64,000 nt of DNA from Adineta vaga (lineage: Eukaryota; Animalia; Rotifera), in the NCBI GenBank assembly GCA_021613535.1, contig CP075495.1:6076001-6140000 (forward strand), given 5' to 3'. The position numbers and the translations under genes are program-made. The notes beneath the pieces were generated by a model. The model ran no database searches. It was not told where the DNA came from and was given only the letters and a program-made list of their open reading frames with translations. Every line of letters begins with the position of its first letter. Position 1 is the stretch's first letter. Below are positions 1 through 13,582 of the stretch, piece by piece.

Positions 1-1794
1 AAGAAGACAGAATGTTTCATTTATTTCTTGACTATATGAACGAGTCGATTACATATAAAAGTCGTTTCCAATTCGAGCAGGTTGATGCATCATTAAAAAT
101 ACTACTGGAGACTCTTTCTTTTTTTGCTTCGTATGCGTGTGTAATTCTTGTCGTAGACAAAAAAAACAGGTCTCAAAGGAGAATGCAAGAACTCCTAGAC
201 TGATTATTATCCTGATCGAATTTTAGTAACAATAGACAAAAAAAAATAATGACAAGTGCACAAAATCGTGCACGTTGACACGTATATATACAAAGAAAAA
301 CTCCGTTTTACATAAACGGATGTTATAGATTGACAAGGGTCAGCATCCTTTGTAGACAATAGAACGAAGAGAGATTGCTGTCAATGACAAAAAAATAATA
401 ATAAGCAATTCTAAATTGTGTGGTCGAAACCAAGAAACAAAAAATATGCCTCCGGCTTATAGTCTCCTCTATTTTTTGCTACTATTCTCATTACTCGTCC
501 TATCCATCTACGCAATCAATTAGAGAGAAAAAAACAATTGTGAAAAACAAACCACTTACTTCATTCGTTGTTTGGTTCATCTGTGTCTGAATACCAGATA
601 ATTCAGTCGGCATTACTTCGTCAGTCATTTTCGAGGAGTTTTAGAAGAGGTGCGTAGTTGTATGAAGTAAATGTTTGTATATTGTTATCTAGTGGCTTTT
701 CTCGAAGAATTTAAGCCAATCTGAAGAAGAATAAAATCGCATCGAATAGGTGAGAAACTATCACAGGTAAATAGCAGAAAAAAAACAATACTATTTTATT
801 TCATCTAGATTTTTGTTTGGAATTTATAGAAGAAAAAAAGCAGAAGAAAAAAAAGCAGATAATTATTGTGGCCGACGGCAATACTAGCTTCGAAGATGGA
901 ATGCACTAGCATCGATCTAAAAGGATGATGATGAGATGGTCGTACGAGTGTTTATTTTTGTTAGATTTGTTGACTAATGAATTGTTTCTCACTATTGGTT
1001 TTTATTTTGAACAAATCTTTAAGGATTCTTTTACCTCTACTTATATTTATAACTGTTAAGTTCAACGAGAGAATTTCTCAAGATTTGCTATGAAGGAGGT
1101 TATCTATTAATAATTTGATTGACTTGTTCATAAAACGATAGATGACGCTGCTTGATGGAAAACTACAATTGAAAATTTTCTTTTCATTAACATAAGTATC
1201 GGCTTTGCAGACATAAATACTGTAAGTCGGTTTTAAAAAAAATATACATAAAAGAACTCTATAGAAAAGAAGTCACAATCAACCTACGTTGAATCCTCCA
1301 TTTATTCTTAATAATTCAAAATATTATTAGATATGTCGATTTTTCTAAAGCATTTCTTTTGCTTTTTTTTCATTTTGAAAGAATATAATCTTCGTTTTCT
1401 TTCAAAAGGAACAAATGATTCGATGATCAAATTTTCTTGTGCGTGACTTTTTCGACATTCTTCATAATGCATCAGTTTTCTTCCTACATGTAATTGAGTT
1501 TTCTACGTCACTTTCTATCGTTTTTCATATCTATATTTGATTCAGAATGAAAAAGAAAACGAGCATAGCAATATGTTGCTTATCCTTTAGAACCAAAGAA
1601 AACATTCTTTTCCTATTATTTTTCATATCGGGTAAGATATTAGTTAAAGTATAGCCGTTAAACCATATTAAAAGAAAACAAAAACCCTTTCTTAAGCTTT
1701 TTATTATGACAAATCGATTCGAAAGAAAAAGCAAATTCTTTTCTATAGAATTTATTCAAACAAGAAGAAAAAAGAAATGGAACTATGAACATAA

Positions 1795-4270
1795 TTAAAC
1801 ATCCAGACGTTTTTCACATTGATTTCCAGTGAATTTATTTCGACATAAACATGCGACTTTATTTCCTCGTGCCACGCATGTACCACCGTTTGTACATGGG
1901 TTCGGAAAACAAGGATGAACACCTAGAATTAAATTTTAAATGAAACAGAAAATGCTTTTCAAATATATTTATCTTACGAGTTTCGCAAAAAAGGCCAGTA
2001 TAAATTTGATTACAATTACATTGAGCATAACCATCATAACCCAAATAACATGTACCAAAATTTCGACAGAGAGTCTCATTGCATCTCCGTAAATCATATT
2101 GACACATACGTCCAGTAAATCCTGGTAAACATTGACAACGATAATCGTGAACAAGATCAACACATGTACCATTATTGAAACAAGAATCGATTCGACAATC
2201 ATCAATATCTAAAAAAATTAACTTTTGTTCATTCTATTCTTCGAATATTGAAAAAAAGAAAATTTTACTTATTTCACAATATTTGCCCGTAAAACCTCGG
2301 GCACATTGACATGTATACGATGCGACACCATCGACGCATGTTGAACCATGCTGACAAGAATGACTAGCACAATCATTCCATTCTAATAGTTACATAAACA
2401 GAATCCATCAATGCTTCATTTAAATAAAAGAAAATGCCTTACTTAGATCGCATCGTTGCCCCTCATAATCAATGGGACAAATACATTTAAATGATGTGGC
2501 TGTATTTACACATACACCTCCATTAAAACATTGAGGCGATGAACAGCTTTTTTCCGCTGATTAAATATTCATAAATAAAAATCTGTTCTTTTCTTTATCA
2601 TCACAATCGTTTACATACTTCTTTCACAGCGATGGCCCATAAATTTATCTGAGCATTGACATCGATATGAATCTCCATCATCATGACATGTACCATTATT
2701 GAGCTAGAGGCGAAATAAAAGAAAAGCAATTTAAATCACTAAAGATCTTATGGTCTTATCGACTTACACATGGATTATATTTAGCACAATAACTGCTCAC
2801 TAAAAATAACTATTGGATAAATTGAGTTCATAGAAAAACAAGTAGAATGTGCAAAAACATGATAAAGACTTGTATTTATTCTGTTTAATGATTTTATCAT
2901 TCTTCCGTTAAATCTTACGTACCTTGATCACATCGACGACCTGTCCATCCAGTTCGACATTTGCATTGAAAACCTCCACGTTCATTCGAAATACAACGAC
3001 CGTTACGACAGGGATTGTGTGGTGCACAAGGATCCATTCGAGCTGTCGAATTTCAAAAAGATGCATTTTGAAATAAGAAACAAACATCAAAGCAGAATTC
3101 CTCTACCTTCATCACAACTTTTAGCAGCAATGACACGATTTTGACATAAACATACATATTTTTCTTCAGGCATTGGTATACAAACACCTTCAAGTCCACA
3201 TGGTTCTCCAGCACATGGCGAAGATTCCGAATCTAGAATAGAATCTTGCTTTCGTATTAAGCACCAAGAAAAAAAGACTTATTTTTACCTTCTTCTTCAT
3301 TTTCTATAGCTGCTTCTTTTAACAATAATGGAAGAAGTTCTTCTGGTACCAAACCCGTTACTAAAGTTTCTCGATAAATAGCATAATTCATCAATTTAAA
3401 ATCTCTTTCATACATGTTTCACAATTAACTCCCGTGTAACCATATGGACATTCACACCCATAGGAACCGTAATTCATCACACATCGACCGCCATTCTTAC
3501 AACTACATCCAACTTGATAAGCTAAAAAAACAACATATTTTCACATACGGCATCAAAATAACGAAATTTCTCCTATTTAAACTGACATCGTGTGCAATCT
3601 TCTTGCCATGGTGCACAAATACAAGTAAAGCCTTCTTTCGTATCAAGACATATCGTTCCATCTTGACATGGTTTTTTTGAACAATCTTCATATCCTACAG
3701 AAGAATGTCTATATTTTGAAATCTATTCATTAACTTTTATTCTACAACCTCGAATTGAATCAAGATCACCTCCATTACACATATCCGATGAACACATACA
3801 CCAATATGTCTTCATATATGTAATACATCCATCAATAAGTAATTCTCGTGCCCAACGTTCAGTCGTACATTGACGTTCAGTAACTATAATTATAAATATT
3901 GAGTATTTTATGTGACCATTGTTAAGCGAATACAAACTTGTTGCATTTGCATGTTTAGCTTTGACATAACAACGTTGTGTCCAATGACATGGTGCAGCAC
4001 ATTCTTCATCTGCTTCTTTACATGCATAACAACGTTTATCCTCGTCTGAAACGGCTAATTCTAAACGAAGAAATAAAAAAGATTTTGATTTCAAACTTTT
4101 CCATTTCTATTTCTTGGTCAAACCAGAAACATGCGTCGGTTTTTTCTTTATCACTAGTGTTGCATATATAATGTGAATCAAAATGATAATGATAATAAAA
4201 CATCGGAAGATCTAGAAAAACGGAAACAACGTAGAAAAGTCTCATGGAAGTGAAAAACTCTTACCATCAT
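1795..4270 (-). CDS. Secreted multi-exon protein: signal peptide, Ly6/uPAR (three-finger)-like Cys domain, about 10 EGF-like repeats
   Basis: Spliced translation gives [19 protein letters not shown] (signal-like), RCYAC...CMCSSDMCN (Ly6-like end) and repeated EGF units such as [36 protein letters not shown] at 1795-1797. No transmembrane segment seen. Confidence 0.8.
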
Positions 4271-5372
4271 TGATACATTGAACTTTATCTTTCGTTCTAT
4301 CCTTGTTCAACAAAGCTTGATTATGCGTTTATGTGAAAATGATTATGATGATGTATGGTTCAACATCTTCATTGAACAAACAACAACGTACAAACCTATT
4401 GTGTCTGCGTGTGTAGGGTGACATTTTCACTAAACGTTCTTTCTTTATTCTTCAACACTCCATAGATTAGAACAGGATGATATTAAATAACACCGTCCAT
4501 CACCATCATCATCGTTTTGTTGCATCGAAGTGTGAATGAGACAACATATTACAACAACTCATACAGCTAGACAATCGAATCCTCTCAATCTCATTATTAC
4601 TCAACGTGTCGGTTTTATATAAAAAGATGAAAAAACAAAAAAATAAGTGAATTGAATAACATCATACATATTCTCTTTTTCAATTGATATGTAGATTGAC
4701 AACTATGTTGCCTTTTTTTTCTCCATTGACAATGGTCTATAATTACAAGATAACTAATTAAGATTTGGATGAAAATTATTAAGTTTTTTTTGATTGATAT
4801 CTGCCGCCTTTCACAATATCCATGATGGAAGAAAAAAAATGATATATCTATGTCGTCTGCTCTCTATGTATTGATTCTTCTTCTTCTTTTTTCCGAGGAG
4901 AAATGATATGTATGAGATCTATCATCTCATCTTCCACACGGATTGGTTATAGGATATTTATACAATGGAAATAAATATATCATTCGCATGTGATATAGAA
5001 AAAAAGGGGAAAAAGCCAATCAACGAACGATGCGAAATTAGTCTTGTAGAATGAGAGAATAACTTCTATATACAACAGACAGAATAAATGATCATTTGAA
5101 TGATAATCAAAGGTACAGAATATATTCTTTATGGATATAAAAATGATGATAGTGAGAAAGATTGAGTGTCATTTACAGAAGTCATTTCTGTTATCAAAAT
5201 CATATTTTTTTGAGAATTAAAACTTAATTGAGAAACAACGAAGAGAGATGTGCCTTTTCATGCGTAGCTTATTTCTAACGTTTAAGTTTATATAATCATT
5301 TCAGTCACATACATCATCTTCAGAGTTCTTGACTTTATTTAGAGAAACATTTCTGACGAAAAAAAGAAAAAA

Positions 5373-6124
5373 ATGGATCTTCCATATCATAATGCATATC
5401 AACATTATAATCATGAATGGTCAATACCTTCCACATCTGATAATTTTTCTCTATATCCTTCTCAAACACATGCAACAAATAGTTATAATATTTCATCATG
5501 TCCTGCTCCACCTTCTTCAACATCCTCCTCATCATATTATGACTATTATACTGCCTCGAATTGTTATCCATCAACAGCGAATACTTGTCAAACTCATTTT
5601 AATAATTATTCACCATTTACTCAACAAACTTCTGTTCCAACAGGTTCTTCATCGCTGTCACCTGAGTAAGATGACTTTGTTTTCTATTTTCCTAATAAGC
5701 ATGCGCCATCGTATTTAGATTAACAAAATCTAATTCTGAAACGATCTCTTCAAATGTAATTTATCCTTGGATGAAAAAACTTCATGTGAAAAATCTTGTT
5801 CAAAATACCGATGGAACTGAAACATACAAACGTATTCGAACTGCATATACTCGTAGTCAAATATTAGAATTAGAAAAAGAATTTCATTTTAAAAAATATT
5901 TAAATCGTCGACGACGCATTGAAATTGCACGAACATTGATGTTAACAGAACGACAAGTTAAAGTAAGCAAATTTTTCAATTATAGCACCAATGTAACATT
6001 TTTTTCTCTAAAATAAAAGATCTGGTTTCAAAATCGACGAATGAAATGGAAAAAAGATCATAATTTACCAAATACAAAATCAAAATTAATCGAAACAACG
6101 ATCAAACAAGAATTACAAGATTAA
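5373..6124 (+). CDS. Hox4: Hox4/Deformed-class homeobox transcription factor (exons 5373-5665, 5719-5962, 6020-6124)
   Basis: YPWMKKLHV hexapeptide; homeodomain [45 protein letters not shown]|[12 protein letters not shown] followed by the Hox4-diagnostic DHNLPNTK. Confidence 0.9.
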
Positions 6125-6812
6125 AACTAAAACTAAATAAAAAAGTTCTTTCGTTTCGTTTCGTTTCGTTCTCTCTTTTTTCGCTTTTCATTTTTATCTC
6201 TGATCTGGATTGTTCATTATATATGCATACATGTTTTTAACATATGTAAACAACACGCATACGTTACTTGTTCTGTTTCGATCATTTGTTGTCGAGAACA
6301 ACAAGAGAAACAGATATCATTGACACAGAAGCGGAAAGAGAAAGTGAGAACGAACACGACGTGATCTCAATTGATAAATCGATATACATTTGCTATTATC
6401 ACAATTCAAATTTCGAAGAAGAAGAGATCAGTGTTTTGATTAATGAGCTTTGATTCGACCTTTTCAGATTAAAAGAGTGTATGTTGAGATTTTTTGATCA
6501 ATAAAAAAAAAGAAAGATAGATTAATCATTCATTATCAGTTGAGAACATTTTCATTCAATAAATGTAAACAATTCTAACAAACCAATAAGAAAAGAGAAA
6601 TCTATGATTTGTTTTTGATCGATGAAATAAACTCTTGTCTCAAACAGTTGGATGTGTTTGTCAATATTTTAATAGCATAGCATCGTATTTACAAAAATGT
6701 TTAGGTTATTATTCAAAATATATTCTCTTTTAATTGCTAAGAGAATGGATTAAAGTAAAAACAAAATATAAATATATAACAAGACTAAAAAAGTAACAAG
6801 TGACTAGTTTGT

Positions 6813-9493
6813 TTATGATAAATAATTATTAAATGCTACATGTTCTTCTATAAGAGTGCACAAGAGGTTTTTCGTCATTGCATATTGTATAGCATTCATA
6901 ACTCCTAGAGAAATATCATTTATATCGATTATATGAAAGATTTTTTAACTAACCTTCTGCCGTAGCTAAAACAAAAAGAATCAATTAGAATTGTAAAGAA
7001 TGATTATTCTTAAAAATGAAATTTACTTTGTGCATTAGGATATGTCTTATCGATACGATGTCGATAGAAATGCCATCCACCATTACGATAAGAACATTCA
7101 ATAATTTGACCATTGTATTGTTCTAGTTTTGGTGAATAGATCATCTTTGCAAATGGTTTTATTCTTTTATTTAAATATAATTCGGCTTCTTTTTTTTGTG
7201 AGTATCTTAACAATCACGAACATCTGTTGAATATGAATTCGTTTTTTTTACGACTTACCGATCATTCGTAATTTTCAATTGAAAATCAATAGTATCATCT
7301 TCTTTCCATTTTAAAACACATTCAGCACGACCGCATTGATAAGGCTAAAGAAAATGAGATCATTCATATGTATAGTTCTATGAATATAATAATTTGAATT
7401 TACATCATTTACTGGTTGAAATACCAATCCATCACATCCATGTGTAATTTGTGATTGAAATTGTTCACTTAATAACTGCAAAAGAAAAGATATTTGTGCT
7501 AGAAATTCATTGACATTGCTTGATATTTTCTTACATGTGATACATCTTTCAAATCCCAAAATGGTTTATTTCGTATTGAAAATGGTTCTTCAGCTTTATT
7601 AATATGACCATGTCTAATGGCATCATTTCGAACATTCACAATTGATTGAGAGATTATATTTAGACGTTCATGGAACGATTTTTGACTAACATTTACATTC
7701 TAAATGAAATAAAAGTAGATCAATCAAGATGAACGATTATCTCGAACATACATTATACATAATAATATCATAAACAAGATATCGGTATATTTTTGTTCCA
7801 TTATGTTTATCAATAACAAATTCCTAAAGAAAAACACAACATATTCAAACGACTATTTCTTAATTATGAAGAACAAAAACAAACAAACCCCATCGAGAAG
7901 TGTATCTTTTAAATATTCGTTAGAATCAATGGTTGTAGGAAATAGTAATCGATGAATTTGAAATACATGATTATTTCGATCCAACATATAAATTCTATCT
8001 TTATCTTCGATTAACATCATATATCTAAAATAGAAAAATATTTCGTACAAAAAAATTTATTTAATATCTAAAAATCTCTCTTACCTGGTACCATCCGCTT
8101 TCCAACTAACCATGTAAGGAGATTCAAAAATAAGTTTATAATTTTTCTTATCCATGGATATAGGTTGTGATCCCGGAAAGCTTTGTCTAAAAGAAAAGAA
8201 TTCAATGAGAATTACAAATGAAAACTTTTTTTTTTCGAAGAAATTTACCGATTCCATTGACATATTTGTTGGCATTTTGTTCGAATATGATGAAGAGTAG
8301 ATTCATCATAAATGGGTACAATATGTGGATGATCAATTGCAAATTTAGGTTGAAATTGCTAGAAGAAAAGCATTGCTAGAAATAGTCTCTCAAAAGATAA
8401 GATATTACCATATGATCAACATTTCGAAATCGTTTTCTCGATGGTTCTCTGTGATTTTCATCATTTGGTCGTTTATTTATACTTGATTCAATCGATAAAT
8501 TAACTGAAATTTCAAAATATTAAAACGTTTGAAAATATTTCTATTTACTTTGACCCCATGGAGGTGATAATGGTGCAGATATTGTTGCTATATTATCTGT
8601 CTTGAAGTCTCGAATTAATTCATTCAAATAATCTTGCTTGTAAATGCCAGGTGCTCGTGCTTTTGCAAACAGATCGATAGCAGTATCGATCCTTGAAAAT
8701 CAATATTATATTTCATTTAAAAAGAAAAGAATTTCGTAATTTTTTCATGCCTATAATTAAGTCTCTGGCAAAGATATGCACAAATCAGGAAACCTGTTCG
8801 GTTGAAACCATGTGTGCAATGAACGCCTAATATATTGATAAACTATATTGTCAAACAAGATTAGCAAAAAATAAACCATACCGATGAGATCATTCGGATT
8901 TGTTTGTTGAAACTCACGACAAATAAGTATGAATCGATTAACTTGCTGTTTGCTTGGCGTTCCATTGTGTCTATTGAAAACATTTGTTGACTATATAAAG
9001 TACGTTTTTTCTGCAAGCAATTCTTACCCTTGACATCGAATTTTCTCATAACGTATATTTTCCTGTGTGAATTCAATATTACTTCTATAATATCGATCAG
9101 TATTCGTTAAATCGATAACAAGACCAAGATTTCTCTATAGCGAGGAAAAATTAGAAGAAAAAGGTTGCTTATTATTTTCTTTTAAAGATCTATTCAATTT
9201 TACATGATCATCTTTGATATTTTTAATTAACATTTGACATGTCCAATGTTTGCCTTTTTCAATAGAATTTTTATATCGATCATCTAGCGGAGTTTTGAAT
9301 GCAATAAATTTTTCTATAGAGAAAGATTAACAAAAATCAACTATATACATAAGATAATCGATTTATTTTTACCAGCAATAATTGCTGATTTTCTTGGACA
9401 ATCGATCCATCTTGCCGGAATGTCTTGCGAATCATATGCTTGATTCGTTGGTTCAAGCTCAATTGCTGATGAAAAATTGAGAGATTTTGCCAT
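6813..9493 (-). CDS. RNGTT: mRNA capping enzyme (RNA triphosphatase + guanylyltransferase), multi-exon
   Basis: N-terminal [11 protein letters not shown]; triphosphatase P-loop [11 protein letters not shown] (~8790-8826); guanylyltransferase motifs [38 protein letters not shown]. Confidence 0.92.
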
Positions 9494-9959
9494 GTAGAGT
9501 ACGATGAAAGCGTTTGTGAAAATGACGAATGAATATGAAACATTGATGCTGTCTTACGCAACATGAATTTATATACCAAACGGGAAGCTGGGTTTTTTCC
9601 TACGAAATGATGTCATGGCATAGTCTTCTTTCATTGGTTAAGCCTTTTTCATTACTGTCAAATATCTACCTCTATTATGGATATATTTCTAGAAAAGTAG
9701 GTAATCTTTTTTAAAGGTTTTCTATAGACTAGCGACATTTTTTAGTACAATCCTTTAACTTATATTATTTATATTCGATTTTGATGTTTTTCGTTTCTTG
9801 ACGTTATTGAATCATTGGTTTTGTTTTTATCGTTTCTTGGAAGTTATTTATATCACTTTTTGTTCGAAAAGTTTGTTTCTTTCTAGTATAACTCCAACGT
9901 CTCTTATCGTTGTATTTACTATCACACAGCAAGTTAGTTCGTTCTTTTGATATCCAACG

Positions 9960-11814
9960 ATGTCATCGCGTGATAACACTTCGTACTCAGGTATTCAGTT
10001 TTTTTAGTGTCTCTTTTCCTAAATAATAAATTGATCTGCTCATAGATTTAAATGAAACACCTCAAAAACGAATTAAAGTCACAAATCCTATTGTTGAATT
10101 GGATGGAGATGAAATGACACGAATAATATGGGCATGGATTAAAGAAATGGTTTGTTTGTTTTTCTTTTCATTCTTATATTATTGTAGTGAAAATCTTTTT
10201 TTTTACATATTTATTCTATCATTAGCTTATCTTTCCGTATATTGATGTTGAATGCAAATATTTTGATTTGGGCCTTGAAAATCGTGATGCTACTGATGAT
10301 CAAGTTACTATCGATGCAGCACATGCGATTCAAAAATATAATGTAGGTATCAAGTGTGCTACAATAACGCCTGATGAACAACGAGTGGAAGGTAAAAATC
10401 ATATGTTATCCCGTGTATCGAAAACTATCGTTTAGACATTTTTAGAATTTTCACTTAAAAAAATGTGGCTTTCACCAAATGGAACCATTCGTAATATTCT
10501 TGTACGTATGATTTTACCAAAACAGATAAGAATTATAATATATGTTTCTATATGTTTTATATAGGGTGGTACCGTATTTCGTGAACCAATTATTTGTAAA
10601 ACTATACCATTATTAATTCCTGGTTGGAAAGAACCTATTATCATAGGTCGTCATGCATTTGGTGATCAATATCGATGTCAAGATATGGTTATTAAAACTC
10701 CTGGACGTGTGACACTCAAATATGTTCCAGCAGATGGTTCACCAGCTACTGAAGTTGAAGTATATAATTTTACGAATACAGGTGGTGTTTCATTAGCAAT
10801 GTTTAATACTGATGAATCTATAAGTGGATTTGCTCATTCATGTTTTCAATATGCACTACAAAAGGTACTGAAGAAATCATTAATACGATCTGATCACTAA
10901 GAGAAATAATATATTCTAGAATTATCCATTGTATATGTCAACGAAAAATACGATTCTTAAACGATATGATGGACGTTTTAAAGATATATTCGAAGAGATT
11001 TATCAAAAAAATTATAAGAAAGAATTTGAAGAGAAAAAAATCTGGTATGAACATCGATTAATTGATGGTATGAATTCTAATTTTCTTCTATATATGTTAA
11101 AAAGATTTCATTGTTCTATAGATATGGTTGCTCAAGCACTTAAAAGTAGCGGTGGCTTTGTTTGGGCATGTAAAAATTACGATGGTGATGTTCAATCTGA
11201 TATTGTCGCACAAGGTATTTTAATTGTGAAAATGATTTATTCTATCAAAATTTCATTAGGTTATGGTAGTCTTGGTCTTATGTCTTCGGTACTTGTCTGT
11301 CCTGATGGTAAAACAATCGAAGCCGAAGCTGCTCATGGTACTGTAACTCGTCATTATCGTGAACATCAAAAGGTAACAATACTAGTTCATAAACGCGAAA
11401 ATTTAACAAGATTTTTTTTTGGTAGGGAAAAGCAACAAGTACAAATTCTATTGCTAGTATCTTTGCATGGACACGTGGTCTTGAACATCGAGGTAAACTT
11501 GATGGCAACGGAGCTTCAAAAGTAAGTGACAAATGTTCGAGGAAAACTTAATTTTTTATCTTTATTTTCTGTTAGTTGGTGTCGATTACTTGAAGAAGCA
11601 TGTATTGAAACAGTTGATTCTCAGAAAATGACAAAAGACCTTGCTGCTTGCATTCATGGATTGAAAAAGTATGTGATTTGTATTTTACTAAAAAAAGGAC
11701 AGACTACTTGTATTTATTTGCTTTAGTGTCAAAGAAGATATGTATTTAAACACAAAAGATTTTATCATGGAAGTAAAAAAAACACTCAATAAAAAGCTTA
11801 ATCACACCACATAA
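9960..11814 (+). CDS. IDH: NADP-dependent isocitrate dehydrogenase, multi-exon; apparent frameshift near 11510
   Basis: [76 protein letters not shown]. Confidence 0.95.
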
Positions 11815-13147
11815 GAACGAATCATGTTCAACTATCTATAAACAAAAAAGCTATTTTAATCTAAGGAACAACGACTAGTATGGAACATTTGTTTTTTCTG
11901 TTTTATTGTTAAAAGTGATCTTTTTCGTTTTATGAGTGACAAAAATCCTTCTGCAATCTTTGTCTTGTAATGTATATGAGGGAATAAAAAAAAAGAATCT
12001 GTTGATTACTGATTTTGTCCAACATTCTATTCCATTTCATAACAGTTAGAGAATTCGAATGATTACATTAGTACATGTTTGAGAGAGTTAGCTTATTCTT
12101 CTCAGAAAAATGTAATAATTTATTCATAGAAATAGTCTTACGCCTTCTATTCTAACTTATTATTGTCATATTCGTATTTCTATCAAAAGTATCGTTCTTT
12201 ATTTGATGTCGAATCGATCTCATATTAACTCATTTCTTTTGTCATATTCAGGTAGACTGATTACTTTATTTATTTGATTATAGTTCCTAAAATTACATCC
12301 ATGATTTGCATAATCATATTAGATACGTTTGAGATCGATTATGATATTTGTTTAACTTTGATTTCTCAATGGAATATCATCAAGTGCTATGATAAGTGAT
12401 CATAATCTTTGAACGAAAAACACCAAGTCGAGAATCTCATGAATTTTTATAAATTATATGAAAATGTTCGATATCGTTGATATTCATGGAATAAAAAAGA
12501 ATCTTGTCATATGTAGTATAATTAAACTTATAAAAATGTCCTTGTTTTCCTTTCTAATCAATGAGATTGATATCATTTTCATATTACTTTTTGAACTCAT
12601 TGCTAACAATAAACTGTTACATATAAACGTTCTCTTAGAGACATTGACGAAGTAATTTATGACATACTATTCTTTCTTGTCGAGTTCTTTTTCAGTTCTT
12701 CATACAACGATGAAAAACATTAACTTTTGATCTTTATATAGTATCGATTACACAATGACGTTGACAACGTTATGAAATCATACGGTGATTGTTTTTCTGT
12801 TGTGATTTGAACGGGATTTTTTTTTCGGGAATAAACTAATACTTAGAAGAACTAGAGAATCGTTTGACGTCATATTTGGCAAGGGATATTGTTTGCACAG
12901 TGTATCATTGTTTTCTCGCATTGATATTATTAAAACAGAGATATTTATTAGTTGTCGGTCTTTTAGTTATTTATTTAACACAAATGACACCTGTCATTTG
13001 TAATTTGATGAAATAACTGTATTAGAATCATTGTTCTTTTATTTCTTTGATGTTTTGTAAGCAAAAAAGAGAAAGCATATGTGAGAAGATAAGTTTAGTT
13101 ATCCGAAGAAAGAAAAAGAAAGAAAAATATTTTGATGATTGATTGTA

Positions 13148-13582
13148 TTATTCATCATAGGACATGACACTTCGTCGTTTTCGTTTGCCCAAATGACTTG
13201 CTGGACGTAAGGATGCTCGTTTACCAGATGATGGTCGAAGTGATGCACGTCGACCAACAAATGGTCGAAGAGATGCACGTTTACCAGCGAATGGTCGAAG
13301 AGATGCACGTTGTTGTATAGCAACGGGACGAAGGGATGCACGTTCATATAAATCAAGAATATCATCAACTAAAGCATTGTCACTATTATCTTCTTCGACT
13401 GTTTCAACGACATGATGATGTTGTTCTTCTTCGTTTGTATCAGCATATGATGGTTGAACTGTACACCAAAGAAGGACTAAAATATTGAATGATTGATTAG
13501 ATTTTTATCGAAAATTTTACACAATCTTACGAAGAGAAACGGTCATAGCAATGAGCAAAATTGAATTTCTGCTACTGTACAT
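13148..13582 (-). CDS. Neuropeptide precursor, 126 aa (exons 13582-13531 and 13476-13148), five ASLRP-containing peptides
   Basis: MYSSRNSILLIAMTVSLLLLWCTVQPSYA signal, acidic spacer, then R-ASLRPVAIQQ-R-ASLRPFA-GKR-ASLRPFV-GRR-ASLRPSS-GKR-ASLRPASHL-GKRKRR. Canonical GTAAG..AG intron; 381 nt in frame. Confidence 0.88.

Noticed and set aside
12-1734. Short ORFs at 12-203 and 1531-1734, and similar 60-100 aa Phe/Ile/Leu-rich ORFs elsewhere (12458, 13781, 31343, 44296, 57512, 58967, 62489)
   Set aside because: Composition is typical of AT-rich non-coding or antisense shadow frames, with no motifs or convincing splice support.
1795-3700. Notch or Delta/Serrate ortholog
   Set aside because: No DSL, LNR, ankyrin or transmembrane segment; the stop follows the last EGF repeat.
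13190-13345. Tandem ~27-nt repeats (atggtcgaagagatgcacgt) resembling a CRISPR array or minisatellite
   Set aside because: They are the coding repeats of the neuropeptide precursor; the context is eukaryotic, with no real spacers or cas genes.
13099-13368. ORF-track 89-aa His/Val-rich ORF
   Set aside because: Alternative frame of the neuropeptide exon.
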